Shown: one piece after another, positions 1 to 10,477 of the stretch
How positions within the stretch are numbered: the first letter of the stretch is position 1
Layout of the letters: every line of letters starts with the position of its first letter
Assembly (NCBI GenBank): GCA_027030435.1
Contig: JALVEX010000118.1
Location: 1-36,890, forward strand
Source of the DNA: Paracoccaceae bacterium
GTDB lineage: Bacteria > Pseudomonadota > Alphaproteobacteria > Rhodobacterales > Rhodobacteraceae
Reading direction: 5' to 3'
DNA: 36,890 bases
Made by a program: the position numbers and the translations under genes
Notes under the pieces: generated by a model
Seen by the model: only the letters and a program-made list of their open reading frames with translations
The model's database searches: none
What the model was told of the DNA's origin: nothing

Positions 1-77
1 GCAGGGGCCGGCAACCGCAAGCCGTGGCGCGAATGCTCCGGCACGCTTCATGCGGCCGCCCCTCAAGGCGTGGCCCA

Positions 78-1343
78 ATGATAATAATGAAAGGGTCATA
101 CGTGACCAAATTTGCAGATCTGGGCCTTTCGCCCAAAATCCTGAAATCCGTCGAGCAGGCGGGCTACGAAACCCCCTCCCCCATTCAGGCGCAGGCAATC
201 CCGCTGGCGCTCGCGGGCCACGATATCCTCGGCCTCGCCCAGACGGGCACCGGCAAGACAGCCGCCTTCGGCCTGCCGCTGATCGAAAATCTCCTGGCCT
301 CGGGCAAGCGCCCGGCGCCGAAAACGGCGCGCGCGCTCATTCTGGCGCCCACCCGCGAACTGGTGAACCAGATCGCCGACAACCTTCGCCAGTATGTGAA
401 GGGCACGCCGCTCAGGGTAACAACCGTTGTCGGCGGCGTTTCCATCAATCGCCAGATCAAGGAGCTTTCGCGCGGCACGGATATCCTCGTGGCCACGCCG
501 GGACGGCTCATCGATCTGATCGAGCGGCGCGCCGTCGATCTCGGCCAGAGCCGCTATCTGGTGCTGGATGAAGCCGATCAGATGCTTGATCTGGGCTTCA
601 TCCATGCCCTGCGCCGCATCGCGCCGCTTCTGGGCACGCCCCGCCAGACGATGCTGTTTTCGGCCACCATGCCAAAGCAGATGAACGAGCTTTCCTCGGC
701 CTATCTCACCAACCCAAAACGCATCCAGGTGGCCACGCCGGGCAAGGCCGCCGACAAGGTGCGCCAATCGCTCCATTTTTCCCCTCAGGGCGAAAAGACG
801 GAGCTTCTGAAGGATTACCTCGACGCCTCCCCCGATGGCCTTGCGCTGGTATTCGCGCGCACCAAGCACGGGGCGGAGAAGCTGAAGAAGCATCTCGAGG
901 CATGCGGCTATGATGCCGTCTCGATCCACGGCAACAAATCCCAGGGCCAGCGCGAGCGCGCCATCCGCGCCTTCAAATCGGGCCAGGCCCGGGTGCTGGT
1001 GGCCACCGACGTTGCGGCGCGCGGGATCGACATCCCTGATGTCAGCCATGTCTACAATTACGATCTGCCGGAGGTGCCGGAAAACTACGTGCACCGCATC
1101 GGCCGCACCGCGCGCGCCGGCAAGGGGGGCGAGGCGATCGCTTTCGTCTCGGCCACAGAGATCGGCTACCTGCGCCAGATCCAGAAGCTGATGAAGCTCG
1201 ATATCCCCGTTGCCGGCGGCGAACGTCCGGCCGAGGAAAAGCCCGCCCCGCGCGGGCAGGGCGGTGGGCGGCGCCGGGGCGGCGGCGGCGGCAAGAGCCG
1301 CGGCTGGAAGGGCAGCCGCAACCGGCGGCGCTCGGCAGCCTGA
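78..1343 (+). CDS. DEAD-box ATP-dependent RNA helicase (RhlE-like) with Arg/Gly-rich C-terminal tail
   Basis: Ordered helicase motifs are present in the translation: AQTGTGKT (motif I), PTRELV (Ia), VLDEADQML (DEAD box), FSATMP (SAT), HRIGRTARAG (VI). The C-terminus is GGGRRRGGGGGKSRG. The start is set at ATG 78 rather than the ORF-track start at 24, so the exact start is uncertain. Confidence 0.9.
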   Translation: MIIMKGSYVTKFADLGLSPKILKSVEQAGYETPSPIQAQAIPLALAGHDILGLAQTGTGKTAAFGLPLIENLLASGKRPAPKTARALILAPTRELVNQIADNLRQYVKGTPLRVTTVVGGVSINRQIKELSRGTDILVATPGRLIDLIERRAVDLGQSRYLVLDEADQMLDLGFIHALRRIAPLLGTPRQTMLFSATMPKQMNELSSAYLTNPKRIQVATPGKAADKVRQSLHFSPQGEKTELLKDYLDASPDGLALVFARTKHGAEKLKKHLEACGYDAVSIHGNKSQGQRERAIRAFKSGQARVLVATDVAARGIDIPDVSHVYNYDLPEVPENYVHRIGRTARAGKGGEAIAFVSATEIGYLRQIQKLMKLDIPVAGGERPAEEKPAPRGQGGGRRRGGGGGKSRGWKGSRNRRRSAA

Positions 1344-1371
1344 ACCGGCAAAGGATCACTATCGAACAGCG

Positions 1372-1405
1372 AAAGGCCCGGCAGCATCACTGCCGGGCCT
1401 TTTTC
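1372..1405. terminator. Bidirectional rho-independent terminator between the convergent helicase and usp genes
   Basis: An 11-bp perfect stem, aggcccggcag (1374-1384) / ctgccgggcct (1390-1400), has a 5-nt loop. It is flanked by an A-run on the left and a T-run (1400-1404) on the right. Confidence 0.65.
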
Positions 1406-1437
1406 GATTCCTGCCTGTCACGGCACAGGCCTGCCGC

Positions 1438-2286
1438 TCAGCGGAAAAGCATCACCGGCAGCTGGCATCCCTGCACCATGGCGGTGGTGGTGGAGCCTAT
1501 GATCATGCTGCGGATGCGTGAATGGCCATAGGCCCCCATCACCAGGAGGCCCGTTTGCCGCGCCTTTGTCTGCTCGCAGATCACCTTTTCGGGCTGGCCC
1601 GTGACGATCTCGGCCACCACTTCGAATCCGGCTTCCCGCAACATCGCTTCCGCCCCTTCGAGCATCTCGCGCAGATCCGGCGTTTCTTCACCGATGGTCA
1701 GCAAGTGGCATTTCAGCCCTCTGAAAACGGGGCTCTTGGTAATATGCTCCAGCGCCCGCACGGCCGACGGCCCGCCATCGAAGGCCAGCGTGAAGCGCTC
1801 GATCTGGTGGAAGGCCCGCGCCGCCACCAGAACCGGCCGCTCGCTCGCGCGCACCACGCGTTCGAGATTGCTGCCGAGATGGAGCTTCGCGAAATCCGCC
1901 GCCTCGCCCCGCTTGCCGATCACGATCAGATCCGCCCCGCGCTCCAGGAGCGCCAGTTCCTCCACCAGATCGCCGTGGCGCAGCACCGTCACCACCTTCT
2001 CGACACCATCTTCTCTGAGGCTTGCCGCGCCATCTTCGAGGATCGCCCGTCCCCGCTTGAGGCTGAGCTTCGCCTGCTGCTCGTCAAGCTCAGCCAGCTC
2101 CTGCATGAGCTTCGTGCGCGCGCCAAGCCCGATGCTGCCTGAAAGATCGCCGCGCCGGGCTTCCCGCCGCCCGATCACATGCAGCAGCACCACCTCCGCG
2201 CCCATCCGCCGCGCAACCCATGCCGCGTGATCGCAGACGCTCCCGGAATAGACCGAGCCATCCACCAGTGCGATGATCCTTGCCAT
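1438..2286 (-). CDS. Universal stress protein, tandem UspA domains
   Basis: The 282-aa product has two Usp-like halves, each ending in the ATP-binding-type motif G-x2-G-x9-GS (VIGKRGEAADFAKLHLGSNLERVV and VMGAYGHSRIRSMIIGSTTTAMV). Confidence 0.8.
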   Translation of the reverse strand: MARIIALVDGSVYSGSVCDHAAWVARRMGAEVVLLHVIGRREARRGDLSGSIGLGARTKLMQELAELDEQQAKLSLKRGRAILEDGAASLREDGVEKVVTVLRHGDLVEELALLERGADLIVIGKRGEAADFAKLHLGSNLERVVRASERPVLVAARAFHQIERFTLAFDGGPSAVRALEHITKSPVFRGLKCHLLTIGEETPDLREMLEGAEAMLREAGFEVVAEIVTGQPEKVICEQTKARQTGLLVMGAYGHSRIRSMIIGSTTTAMVQGCQLPVMLFR

Positions 2287-2298
2287 GCGCTTTTCCTC

Positions 2299-3789
2299 CT
2301 AATGGCCGAACAGACGCTCGATGGCATCCGGTTTGTCGTGAATGGCGAGCTTGTCCACGATGGTTTCGCTGGCCTTGTTGAGCCCCACGATATCCACCTC
2401 GGCGCCCTCGCGGCGAAATTTCAGCACCGCCTTGTCCAGCGCGCCCACGGCGGAAATATCCCAGATATGCGCATGGCTCACATCGATCACCACGCGATCG
2501 AGCGCCTCGTGAAAATCGAAGGATTTGAGGAAATCGGGCGCGGAGGCGAAGAAGAGCTGGCCGAACACATGATAGCTGCGCGCGCGGCCATCCTCGGAAA
2601 GCTCGGAAGTGACGCGGAAGATCTGCGCGATCTTGCCGGCAAAGAAGATGCCGGAAAGCAGCACGCCGGTGAGCACCCCGATCGCCAGATTGTGGGTGAA
2701 GACGGTAGCGGCCACCGTGGCCAGCATGACGATGGTTGAGCTCTGCGGATGGTGCCTGATCTCGCGGATCGACGACCAGCTGAAGGTGCCGATCGAAACC
2801 ATGATCATGATCGCCACCAGCGCCGGCATCGGGATCCGCGCCACCCAATCGCCGAGCCCCACGATCAGGATCAGCAGGAAAACCCCGGCGGCGAAGGTGG
2901 AAAGCCGTCCGCGGCCGCCCGATTTCACGTTGATCATGGATTGGCCGATCATGGCGCAGCCGGCCATTCCGCCGATGAAGCCGGTGGCGGTGTTGGCAAT
3001 CCCCTGGCCCACGCATTCGCGGTTCTTGTCGCTGTCGGTATCGGTGAGATCATCGATGATCTGGGCCGTCATCAGGCTTTCCAGAAGCCCCACCGCCGCC
3101 ACCGCCGCCGATACCGGGAAGATGATCCTGAGCGTCTCCAGATCGAGCGGGATGTCGGGGAAGAGGAATACGGGCAGGGTATCGGGCAATTCGCCCATGT
3201 CGCCCACATTGCGCACATCGAAGCCAAACCAGATCGTCAGCCCCGTCAGCACGATGATGGTGACAAGGGGCGAGGGGATGGCAGTGGTAACATGGGGAAA
3301 AAGATAGATGATCGCGAGCCCGGCGGCGACCATGGCGTAGGTTTCCCAAGTCACACCCGTAAGCTCGGGCAGCTGGGCCATGAAGATCAGGATCGCGAGC
3401 GCATTGACGAAGCCCGTCATCACCGATTTCGATACAAAACGCATCACATCGCCGAGCCTGAGGAAGCCGGCGATCACCTGAAGGATGCCGGCAAGCACCG
3501 TAGCCGCGAGCAGATATTCAAGCCCGTGCGCCTTCACCAGCCCCCCCATCAGCACCGCAGTGGCAGCGGTGGCGGCCGAGATCATCGCCGGCCGCCCGCC
3601 GGTGATCGCCGTGATCACCGCGATCGAGAAGGAGGCATAGAGCCCCACCTTGGGATCCACCCCGGCGATGATCGAAAAGGATATCGCCTCGGGGATCAGC
3701 GCCAGCGCCACCACGAGCCCGGCCAGGAGATCGGCGCGCGGGCTGATCAGCCACTCGCGGCGCAGGGTGATGATGAGATCGGTTTTCAC
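2299..3789 (-). CDS. SulP family inorganic anion transporter with C-terminal STAS domain
   Basis: The 496-aa product is a polytopic membrane protein with SulP-like N-terminal segments ([26 protein letters not shown]). Its soluble C-terminal STAS-like part includes [15 protein letters not shown] and [14 protein letters not shown]. Confidence 0.85.
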   Translation of the reverse strand: MKTDLIITLRREWLISPRADLLAGLVVALALIPEAISFSIIAGVDPKVGLYASFSIAVITAITGGRPAMISAATAATAVLMGGLVKAHGLEYLLAATVLAGILQVIAGFLRLGDVMRFVSKSVMTGFVNALAILIFMAQLPELTGVTWETYAMVAAGLAIIYLFPHVTTAIPSPLVTIIVLTGLTIWFGFDVRNVGDMGELPDTLPVFLFPDIPLDLETLRIIFPVSAAVAAVGLLESLMTAQIIDDLTDTDSDKNRECVGQGIANTATGFIGGMAGCAMIGQSMINVKSGGRGRLSTFAAGVFLLILIVGLGDWVARIPMPALVAIMIMVSIGTFSWSSIREIRHHPQSSTIVMLATVAATVFTHNLAIGVLTGVLLSGIFFAGKIAQIFRVTSELSEDGRARSYHVFGQLFFASAPDFLKSFDFHEALDRVVIDVSHAHIWDISAVGALDKAVLKFRREGAEVDIVGLNKASETIVDKLAIHDKPDAIERLFGH

Positions 3790-3975
3790 GTTCGGCCTCC
3801 GACAAATTCTTCAAGCCGCCCGCTATAGAGGCGATAGGCTGGCTTGGCCAGAGGGAAGGATACTGTCAGGATTGGTGCGTCGGTATTGGCCGATGCGCGA
3901 AACATCGCATCCGCCATGGCCACAGGCCAGCCCGGTGCAGGAAACCACGCACCGTGGCCAGCGCCACGAGGATGC

Positions 3976-4746
3976 TCATGCCCTCTGCTCGGCGTTCGGA
4001 TTGTAGCCGCTGGCGCTTTCCAGAAGGTGGCGCGTGTAGGGGTGCTCGGCACGCATGGCGCGCATCTCCTCCACGCTCAGCATCTCGACGATCTCACCGT
4101 TCTGCATCACCGCCGTGGCCTCGCACATATGCGCGATCACCGCGAGATCATGGCTGACCATGAGATAGGTCAGCCCGTGCTCCTCGCGCAGATCGGTAAG
4201 GAGATTGAGCACCTCGGCCTGCACGCTCACGTCGAGCGCCGAGGTGGGCTCGTCGAGCAGCAGCACGGAAGGCTCGGGCGCCAGCGCGCGCGCGATCGCC
4301 ACCCGCTGGCGCTGGCCGCCCGAAAGCTGGTGGGGATAGCGGAAGCGGTAGCTCGGCCCGAGGCCGACATCGGCGAGAAGCGCATTCACCCGCCTGTCGA
4401 TATCGGAGAATCCGTGCAGCTTCAGCACTTCGGAGAGCACCTGATCCACCGAGTGGCGCGGGTGCAGGCTGGCGTAGGGATCCTGAAACACCATCTGCAC
4501 CTCCTTGTAGAAGGCGCGATCGCGTTTCTCCCCGAGCTTTCGCTCCCCCACAACCATCTCGCCCGACCAGTTGGGCACAAGCCCCATCAGCGCGCGCAGG
4601 ATGGTGGATTTGCCCGAGCCCGATTCCCCCACCAGCCCGAAGCTCGCGCCCGAGGGAACTTCGAATGTGGCATTCTTCACCGCATCGACGCGATCCTCGC
4701 CCTCTCCGAACCACACGCAAAGATCCCTGAATGCAAGCCTGCTCAT
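3976..4746 (-). CDS. Peptide/nickel-type ABC transporter ATP-binding protein (DppF/OppF-like)
   Basis: Walker [10 protein letters not shown], signature LSGGQRQR, Walker [12 protein letters not shown] and H-loop VSHDL are present. Its start overlaps the upstream gene's stop by 4 nt. Confidence 0.85.
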   Translation of the reverse strand: MSRLAFRDLCVWFGEGEDRVDAVKNATFEVPSGASFGLVGESGSGKSTILRALMGLVPNWSGEMVVGERKLGEKRDRAFYKEVQMVFQDPYASLHPRHSVDQVLSEVLKLHGFSDIDRRVNALLADVGLGPSYRFRYPHQLSGGQRQRVAIARALAPEPSVLLLDEPTSALDVSVQAEVLNLLTDLREEHGLTYLMVSHDLAVIAHMCEATAVMQNGEIVEMLSVEEMRAMRAEHPYTRHLLESASGYNPNAEQRA

Positions 4747-5609
4747 TGGCGTCCGCTCACGCTTGGGGCGTCCAGCCAGGCCGGATCGCGTTTCAGAACT
4801 TCAAGATGATGGCGCGGCTCGTCAAGCCGCGGCAGCGAGCCGAGCAATCCGCGGGTGTAGGGATGGCGCGCCTCGTGCAGGCGATCGGCATCGCAGACCT
4901 CGACGATCTTGCCGGCATACATGATCAGCACCCGATCGCAGAAGCTCGCCACGAGATTGAGATCGTGGCTGATGAAGATCAGCCCCATGCCGCGCTCGCG
5001 CACCAGGCGATCCATGATCGAGAGCACCTGCGTCTGCACGCTCACGTCAAGCGCCGAAGTGGGCTCGTCGGCAATCAGGATATCGGGCTCGGTGACCATC
5101 ATCATGGCGATCATGATGCGCTGGCCCATCCCGCCCGACATCTCGTGCGGATAGGCCCGCATCACCCGCTCGGGATCCCGGATCGAGACGGCTTCCAGCA
5201 TCTCGATCGCCTTTTCATATGCCGCCCGCTTGCCGGCGCCGGTGTGAAAGCGGTAGATTTCCATGATCTGATCGCCGATGCGCATCACCGGGTTGAGCGA
5301 GAATTTCGGATCCTGCATCACCATGGAAATGCGCTGTCCGCGGATCTTCTGCATCTCGCGTTCGGAAAGCTTCAGCAGATCGGTGCCTTCCAGCTCCAGT
5401 TTCCCGGCCTCCACCCTTCCGGGCGGGCGGATGAGGCGCAGGATGGCGCGCCCCGTCATCGATTTGCCGGAGCCCGATTCCCCCACGATCCCGAGGCGCT
5501 CGCGCCCCAGCGTGAAGGAAATGCCGCGCACCGCCTGAAAATCCCCCTGCCGGGTTGGGAAGGTGACGGTGAGATCTTCGATATCGAGAAGAGGTTTTTC
5601 AGACATCAC
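4743..5609 (-). CDS. Peptide/nickel-type ABC transporter ATP-binding protein (DppD/OppD-like)
   Basis: Walker [10 protein letters not shown], signature MSGGMGQR, Walker [12 protein letters not shown] and H-loop ISHDL are present. It has 4-nt overlaps with both neighbouring genes. Confidence 0.85.
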   Translation of the reverse strand: MMSEKPLLDIEDLTVTFPTRQGDFQAVRGISFTLGRERLGIVGESGSGKSMTGRAILRLIRPPGRVEAGKLELEGTDLLKLSEREMQKIRGQRISMVMQDPKFSLNPVMRIGDQIMEIYRFHTGAGKRAAYEKAIEMLEAVSIRDPERVMRAYPHEMSGGMGQRIMIAMMMVTEPDILIADEPTSALDVSVQTQVLSIMDRLVRERGMGLIFISHDLNLVASFCDRVLIMYAGKIVEVCDADRLHEARHPYTRGLLGSLPRLDEPRHHLEVLKRDPAWLDAPSVSGRQ

Positions 5610-6535
5610 CCGGCATCCTTCGGATCAAGCACATCGCGCAGGCCGTCCCCCAGGAGATTGAAGGCGAGCGACACGATGAAGATGGCGAGCCCCGGCATGG
5701 TGGCCACCCACCAGTGATCCAGGATGAAACGCCGCCCCTCGGCCACCATGGCGCCCCACTCGGGGCTCGGGGGCTGGGCGCCAAGGCCGAGGAAGCCGAG
5801 GCCGGCGGCGGTGAGGATCACGCCCGCCATGTCAAGCGTGACGCGCACGATCAGCGAGCTGATGCACAGGGGCCAGATGTGTTTCGTGATGATGCGCATC
5901 GGCCCCGCGCCCTGAAGGCGTATCGCCGCGATATAATCGGAATTGCGGATGGTGAGGGTTTCTGCCCGCGCCAGGCGCGCATAGGGCGGCCAGGCGGTGA
6001 TCGAGATCGCCAGCACTGCGTTCTCGATGCCTGCGCCCAGCGCCGCCACGAAGGCAAGCGCCAGCACGAGGCGGGGGAAGGCGAGGAAAATGTCGGTGAG
6101 GCGCATCAGAACCGCATCCACGATCCCGCCCGCATAGCCCGCAACGGTGCCCACCAGCAGCCCCACGATCGGGGCGATCAGCGCCACGAGCGTGACGATA
6201 TAGAGCGTGATGCGCGAGCCGTAGATGAGGCGCGAGAGGATGTCGCGCCCGAGGCTGTCGGTGCCGAGGAGATGGCCTTCGCTCAAGGGCGGCTTGAGCC
6301 TGCCCGCAAGATCCTGGGCCAGCGGATCATGGGGCGCAATCCAGGGGGCGAAGGCGGCGATCAGCACCAGCAGGATCAGGATCATCAGGCCCACCATGGC
6401 CATCGTGTTGGAGCGGAACTTGAGCCAGCCGGAATAAAACGCCACGCAGCGCGCATGGAAGCGCGAGGTCGGCGTATCGGTGAGGAGCCAGCCGCGAAAG
6501 CCGAGGCGGGGATCGTTCAGGCTGTCTGACATCAT
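5606..6535 (-). CDS. ABC transporter permease (DppC/OppC-like)
   Basis: This multi-pass membrane protein carries the EAA-type loop region (YIAAIRLQGAGPMRIITKHIWP) typical of BPD-type permeases. Confidence 0.85.
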   Translation of the reverse strand: MMSDSLNDPRLGFRGWLLTDTPTSRFHARCVAFYSGWLKFRSNTMAMVGLMILILLVLIAAFAPWIAPHDPLAQDLAGRLKPPLSEGHLLGTDSLGRDILSRLIYGSRITLYIVTLVALIAPIVGLLVGTVAGYAGGIVDAVLMRLTDIFLAFPRLVLALAFVAALGAGIENAVLAISITAWPPYARLARAETLTIRNSDYIAAIRLQGAGPMRIITKHIWPLCISSLIVRVTLDMAGVILTAAGLGFLGLGAQPPSPEWGAMVAEGRRFILDHWWVATMPGLAIFIVSLAFNLLGDGLRDVLDPKDAG

Positions 6536-7593
6536 TTCGCCCTCGGATCGAAGACCTGGTAGAGAAGGTCGGAGAAGATATTGAGCAGAACGAAGATCAG
6601 CCCCACCACGACCGTTCCGCCAAGAACGGCGTTCATGTCGGCTGACAAGAGGGCGGTGGTGATATAGGAGCCAAGCCCCGGCCAGGCGAAAATGGTTTCG
6701 GTCAGCACCGCGCCTTCAAGAAGGTTGGCGTAGGAAAGGGCGATCACGGTGATGAGCTGCACGCGGATATTGCCGAAGGCGTGTTTCCAGATCACGCGGC
6801 GCTCGGGCAGGCCCTTCACGCGCGCGGTGGTGATGTATTCCGCCGAAAGCTGCTCGAGCATGAAGCTGCGGGTCATGCGGCTGATATAAGCCATGGAGTA
6901 GTAGCCCAGAATGGAAGCGGGCAGGATGATGTGGCTGAAGGCGTTTTTGAACACGTCCCAGTTGCCGGCAAGGAGGCTGTCCAGCAGGATCATGCCGGTG
7001 CGCTCGGGCACCATGCCCTCCCAGATGATATCGAGCCGCCCCGGCCCGCCGACCCAGTTGAGTATGCCGTAGAAGATCAGAAGGCCCATGAGGCCGAGCC
7101 AGAAGATGGGCATGGAATAGCCGATCAGCGCCACCACGCGGGCGGTCTGATCGATCCAGGAGCCGCGCTTCACCGCCGCCATCACGCCAAGCGGCACACC
7201 GATCACCACCCCGAACAGCACGCCCAGCGTTGCCAGTTCGAAGGTGGCGGGAAAGACGCGCCGGATATCCTCGGCCACGGGGCGGGCATTGAGGAGCGAC
7301 ATGCCGAAATCCCCGTGCAGCACATCCCATATGTAATAGCCGAACTGCACGAGAAGGGGTCTGTCGAGCCCCATGTCGTGATAGACCTGCTGATAGACCT
7401 CATTGGTGGCCCGCTCGCCCACCACCGCCAGCACAGGATCCACGGGCATCACCCGCCCGATGATGAAGGTAATGAACATCAGCCCCAGCATGGTGATGAC
7501 AACCGAGCCGAGAACGCGTGCGATCTTCCAGAGGATCCGTTGGAAACGGGGCAGCCTGTGCCGCCCCGCTCCCCTGTTTTCGGCCAGTGCCAT
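6532..7593 (-). CDS. ABC transporter permease (DppB/OppB-like)
   Basis: This multi-pass membrane protein has the EAA-type loop EYITTARVKGLPERRVIWKHAFGN. Its start abuts the stop of the binding-protein gene. Confidence 0.85.
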   Translation of the reverse strand: MALAENRGAGRHRLPRFQRILWKIARVLGSVVITMLGLMFITFIIGRVMPVDPVLAVVGERATNEVYQQVYHDMGLDRPLLVQFGYYIWDVLHGDFGMSLLNARPVAEDIRRVFPATFELATLGVLFGVVIGVPLGVMAAVKRGSWIDQTARVVALIGYSMPIFWLGLMGLLIFYGILNWVGGPGRLDIIWEGMVPERTGMILLDSLLAGNWDVFKNAFSHIILPASILGYYSMAYISRMTRSFMLEQLSAEYITTARVKGLPERRVIWKHAFGNIRVQLITVIALSYANLLEGAVLTETIFAWPGLGSYITTALLSADMNAVLGGTVVVGLIFVLLNIFSDLLYQVFDPRAK

Positions 7594-9192
7594 CTACTTC
7601 GTCACCGGCCAGTAGGAAACGGCGGTGATGGCGCCGCCGAGATTGAGGTTCTTCACGTTGTCGCGCCGCCCCGTCTGCTCGATCTTCTGGAACATGATCC
7701 CGAAGGGCGATTTCTGGCGGAACTCGGCCTGGATATCGCGATACATCTGCGCGCGCACATCGCGATCCTTCTCGATCACCGCGGCTTCCACCTTGGGGGT
7801 GAGGCCATCGGTATCCCAGGCATTGCGCCAGGCGAGAAGGCCGGTGAGCTTGGCTTCATCGCGGTTGTCGGGGTTATAGGCGAAGGTGCCGGCATTGGTG
7901 TGGGGATCGGGGTAGTCCGGGCCCCAGGCGCCGATATACATGTCGAGATCACGCGCACGATACCGCCCGAGGATCTGCTTGCCGGTGCCCACGGTGAGCT
8001 TCAGCGTGATGCCGGCCTGAGCGAAGGTGTTCTGCAGCGATTGCGCGATTTCGAGCCGATCCTGGGCTTCGCGCACCCCGGCCTCGATCTCGAACGGGCC
8101 GACACCGGCCTTCTTCAGAAGCTCCTTCGCCTTCTCGATGTTGAGGCTGAAGGGATTTTCATCCACCGCGCCGAGATATGTCGCGGGGAGGAAATTCTGA
8201 TGGATCACATACTGGCCCTTGAGGAAACTGTCCTGCATGCCCTGGTAATCGATCAGATACTTGATCGCCTGGCGCACCTCGGGCTTCGAAAGGATCGGGT
8301 GCTTCTGGTTGACGGAAATATACATGATCCGCCCGCGCAGCTCGCTGTCGATCGCAACGCCCGGCGTGCCCTCGAGCCCCTGCACGTCCTGCGGGTTGAG
8401 ATCGCGGGCCACATCGATATCGCCGCGCTCAAGAAGCAGGCGCTGGGTGGCGCTTTCGGGCACATGGCGCACGATCACCCTTTCCATGGCAGGCTTCGGG
8501 CCCCACCACTCGGGATTGACCACGAGGCTCACGGATTCATTGGGCTTCCATGCCACCAGCTTGTAGGGGCCGGAGCCTGCGCTGTTGGTCTTGAGCCAGG
8601 CATTGCCCATGTCGCCGTCAACTTCGTGCTTCATCACCTCTTCCTTGTCGAGGATGCCGCCGATGGTGGCGGTGAGGCAGTTCAGCACGAAGGAGGTGGC
8701 ATATTGCTTGTCGGTGGTGAGGCTGACCTTGTTGCCATCCACGACCTTGATCATCTCATCCACGTTCTCCGGCGTGAAGCCGAATTGCGTGAGGATGAAG
8801 CTCGGGGTCTTGTTGAGCTTCACCGCCCGCTGAAGCGACCACGCCGCATCCTCGGCGCGGATCGGATTGCCGGAGGCAAACTTGCGCCCCTGCGCGATGG
8901 TGAAGGTGATGGTCTTGCCGTCATCGGAAACTTCCCAGCTTTCGGCGATATCCGGGCCATAACCGGCATCCAGATTCATCGGATCGAAATTGACGAGCTT
9001 GGAGTAGATGTTGCGGCTCACGTCGGAACCGGCGAATTCGAAGCTTTCGGCCGGATCGAGGGTGGTGATATCGTCAATCTGGTTGGCGATCACCAGCACG
9101 TTGGGCGGGGTTTCGGCCACGCCCGGCACCGGGGCAAACCCCACCGCGAGCGCCATCACGGCCGCGGTTGTTATCTTTTTCATGAAACTCAT
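7594..9192 (-). CDS. ABC transporter substrate-binding protein, family 5 (peptide/nickel type)
   Basis: The 532-aa product has an N-terminal signal peptide (MKKITTAAVMALAVGFAPVPGVA). Size and sequence style match DppA/OppA-like binding proteins, and it is the first transporter gene of the operon. Confidence 0.85.
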   Translation of the reverse strand: MSFMKKITTAAVMALAVGFAPVPGVAETPPNVLVIANQIDDITTLDPAESFEFAGSDVSRNIYSKLVNFDPMNLDAGYGPDIAESWEVSDDGKTITFTIAQGRKFASGNPIRAEDAAWSLQRAVKLNKTPSFILTQFGFTPENVDEMIKVVDGNKVSLTTDKQYATSFVLNCLTATIGGILDKEEVMKHEVDGDMGNAWLKTNSAGSGPYKLVAWKPNESVSLVVNPEWWGPKPAMERVIVRHVPESATQRLLLERGDIDVARDLNPQDVQGLEGTPGVAIDSELRGRIMYISVNQKHPILSKPEVRQAIKYLIDYQGMQDSFLKGQYVIHQNFLPATYLGAVDENPFSLNIEKAKELLKKAGVGPFEIEAGVREAQDRLEIAQSLQNTFAQAGITLKLTVGTGKQILGRYRARDLDMYIGAWGPDYPDPHTNAGTFAYNPDNRDEAKLTGLLAWRNAWDTDGLTPKVEAAVIEKDRDVRAQMYRDIQAEFRQKSPFGIMFQKIEQTGRRDNVKNLNLGGAITAVSYWPVTK

Positions 9193-9236
9193 GATCTTCC
9201 TCCTCTCTGTTGGCTATTATTTGACCACTTATACAA

Positions 9237-10307
9237 TTATTGCGCCGCTCCCCAAGTCTTTTCGAGCACGCGAAGCCAATTGCCGTGACAGAGCTTTTCC
9301 ATCAGGGCATCATCGTAGCCATGATCGCGCATGGCCCGGCGCAGGGCCGGCAGGCCGGCAACATCGCCAACGGCCTCGGGAATCATCGCGCCATCGAAAT
9401 CCGAACCGAAACCGACCCTCTCCTCCCCAAGCCGCCCTATAAGGTAATCGAGGTGGCGCAGCATCACATCGAGCGGCACATCGGCGCGCATCTGGCCATC
9501 GGGGCGGAGGAAGGCGGCGGCGAAATTGAGGCCCACCATGCCATCGCTCTCGGCAATCGCATCAAGCTGCCAATCGGTGAGGTTGCGCGCATGGGGGCAG
9601 ATGGCATGGGCGTTGGAATGGGTGGCCACGAGGGGCGCTTCGCTGATGGCGGCAACATCGCGAAAGCCCGCAGCATTGATATGCGAAAGATCGATCATCA
9701 CGCCCAGTTCGTTGCACCGGCGGATCAGGCGCTTGCCGGCCTCCGTAAGCCCCGGCCCGGTATCGGGCGAAGCTGGGAACGCGAACGGGACGCCATGGCC
9801 AAAGATCGTCGGCCGGCTCCAGACAGGCCCGAGCGAGCGCAGCCCGGCCGCATGGAGCACATCGAGCGTATGGAGATCGGCATCGATCGCCTCGGCGCCC
9901 TCCATATGCATGATCGCCGCCAACTCCCCGCTGGAAAGGCAGGCACGAAGATCGCTGACGTTCCGGCAGATTTTCAAGGCACCCATCCTCTCGAGATGCA
10001 GAAGGATGCCGATTTCCTCGAAAATCGCTTCGAGTGCCGATTCGCGGTCCAGCGCCGGCGGCAGAGGAAGATCATAACGCGGCCTGCGCATCGCCTGCAT
10101 CACGCCTTCCTCATCCTCTCCGGGCGATGGCGCATAAAGCGCAAAGAACCCGCCGCCAAACCCTCCCGCCCTTGCCCGTGGCAGATCGATATGGCCGCCG
10201 CACCCTTCGATGAAACCACGCACCGCCGCCTTGCCGCCCGCATTGAGGAGCTGCAACAGCACATCGTTGTGGCCATCCAAAATGGCAGGCGCCCTGTCTT
10301 CCTGCAT
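9237..10307 (-). CDS. Membrane (renal-type) dipeptidase, peptidase family M19
   Basis: M19 hallmark blocks are present: DGHNDVLLQL near the N-terminus, ATHSNAHA, and GFGSDFDG. Confidence 0.8.
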   Translation of the reverse strand: MQEDRAPAILDGHNDVLLQLLNAGGKAAVRGFIEGCGGHIDLPRARAGGFGGGFFALYAPSPGEDEEGVMQAMRRPRYDLPLPPALDRESALEAIFEEIGILLHLERMGALKICRNVSDLRACLSSGELAAIMHMEGAEAIDADLHTLDVLHAAGLRSLGPVWSRPTIFGHGVPFAFPASPDTGPGLTEAGKRLIRRCNELGVMIDLSHINAAGFRDVAAISEAPLVATHSNAHAICPHARNLTDWQLDAIAESDGMVGLNFAAAFLRPDGQMRADVPLDVMLRHLDYLIGRLGEERVGFGSDFDGAMIPEAVGDVAGLPALRRAMRDHGYDDALMEKLCHGNWLRVLEKTWGAAQ

Positions 10308-10477
10308 ACCTTCTCCCTTCAGCCGGATATCTCGCCCGGCAATTCTCCGCGTGCCATGATGCCCCCGATCACCGCAGGAAACCAGAGCCGAATTCCGCCA
10401 CCCGTTTCAGCCCCCCCTTCCGCGCCGGGCGATTTTTCATATAATCGCGGCAATGAACAATACGGGCAGGTATTCCA

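Noticed and set aside
6781-9288. Very long antisense ORFs opposite well-supported genes. Examples are the 835-aa ORF at 6781-9288 (+), the 551-aa ORF at 18603-20258 (-), the 500-aa ORF at 13230-14732 (+) and the 425-aa ORF at 9240-10517 (+).
   Set aside because: Their translations are Arg/Gly/His/Asp/Pro-rich low-complexity strings with no recognisable motifs. The opposite strand, by contrast, encodes proteins with clear family signatures (SBP/permease, LeuC, CtpA, M19). These are typical stop-codon-poor shadow frames in high-G+C DNA.
10440-10445. A tataat hexamer 33 nt upstream of the transglycosylase GTG start, considered as a -10 promoter box.
   Set aside because: No acceptable -35 element lies at 16-18 bp spacing (the region there is cgcgccgggc). 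A single hexamer match is not enough to call a promoter.
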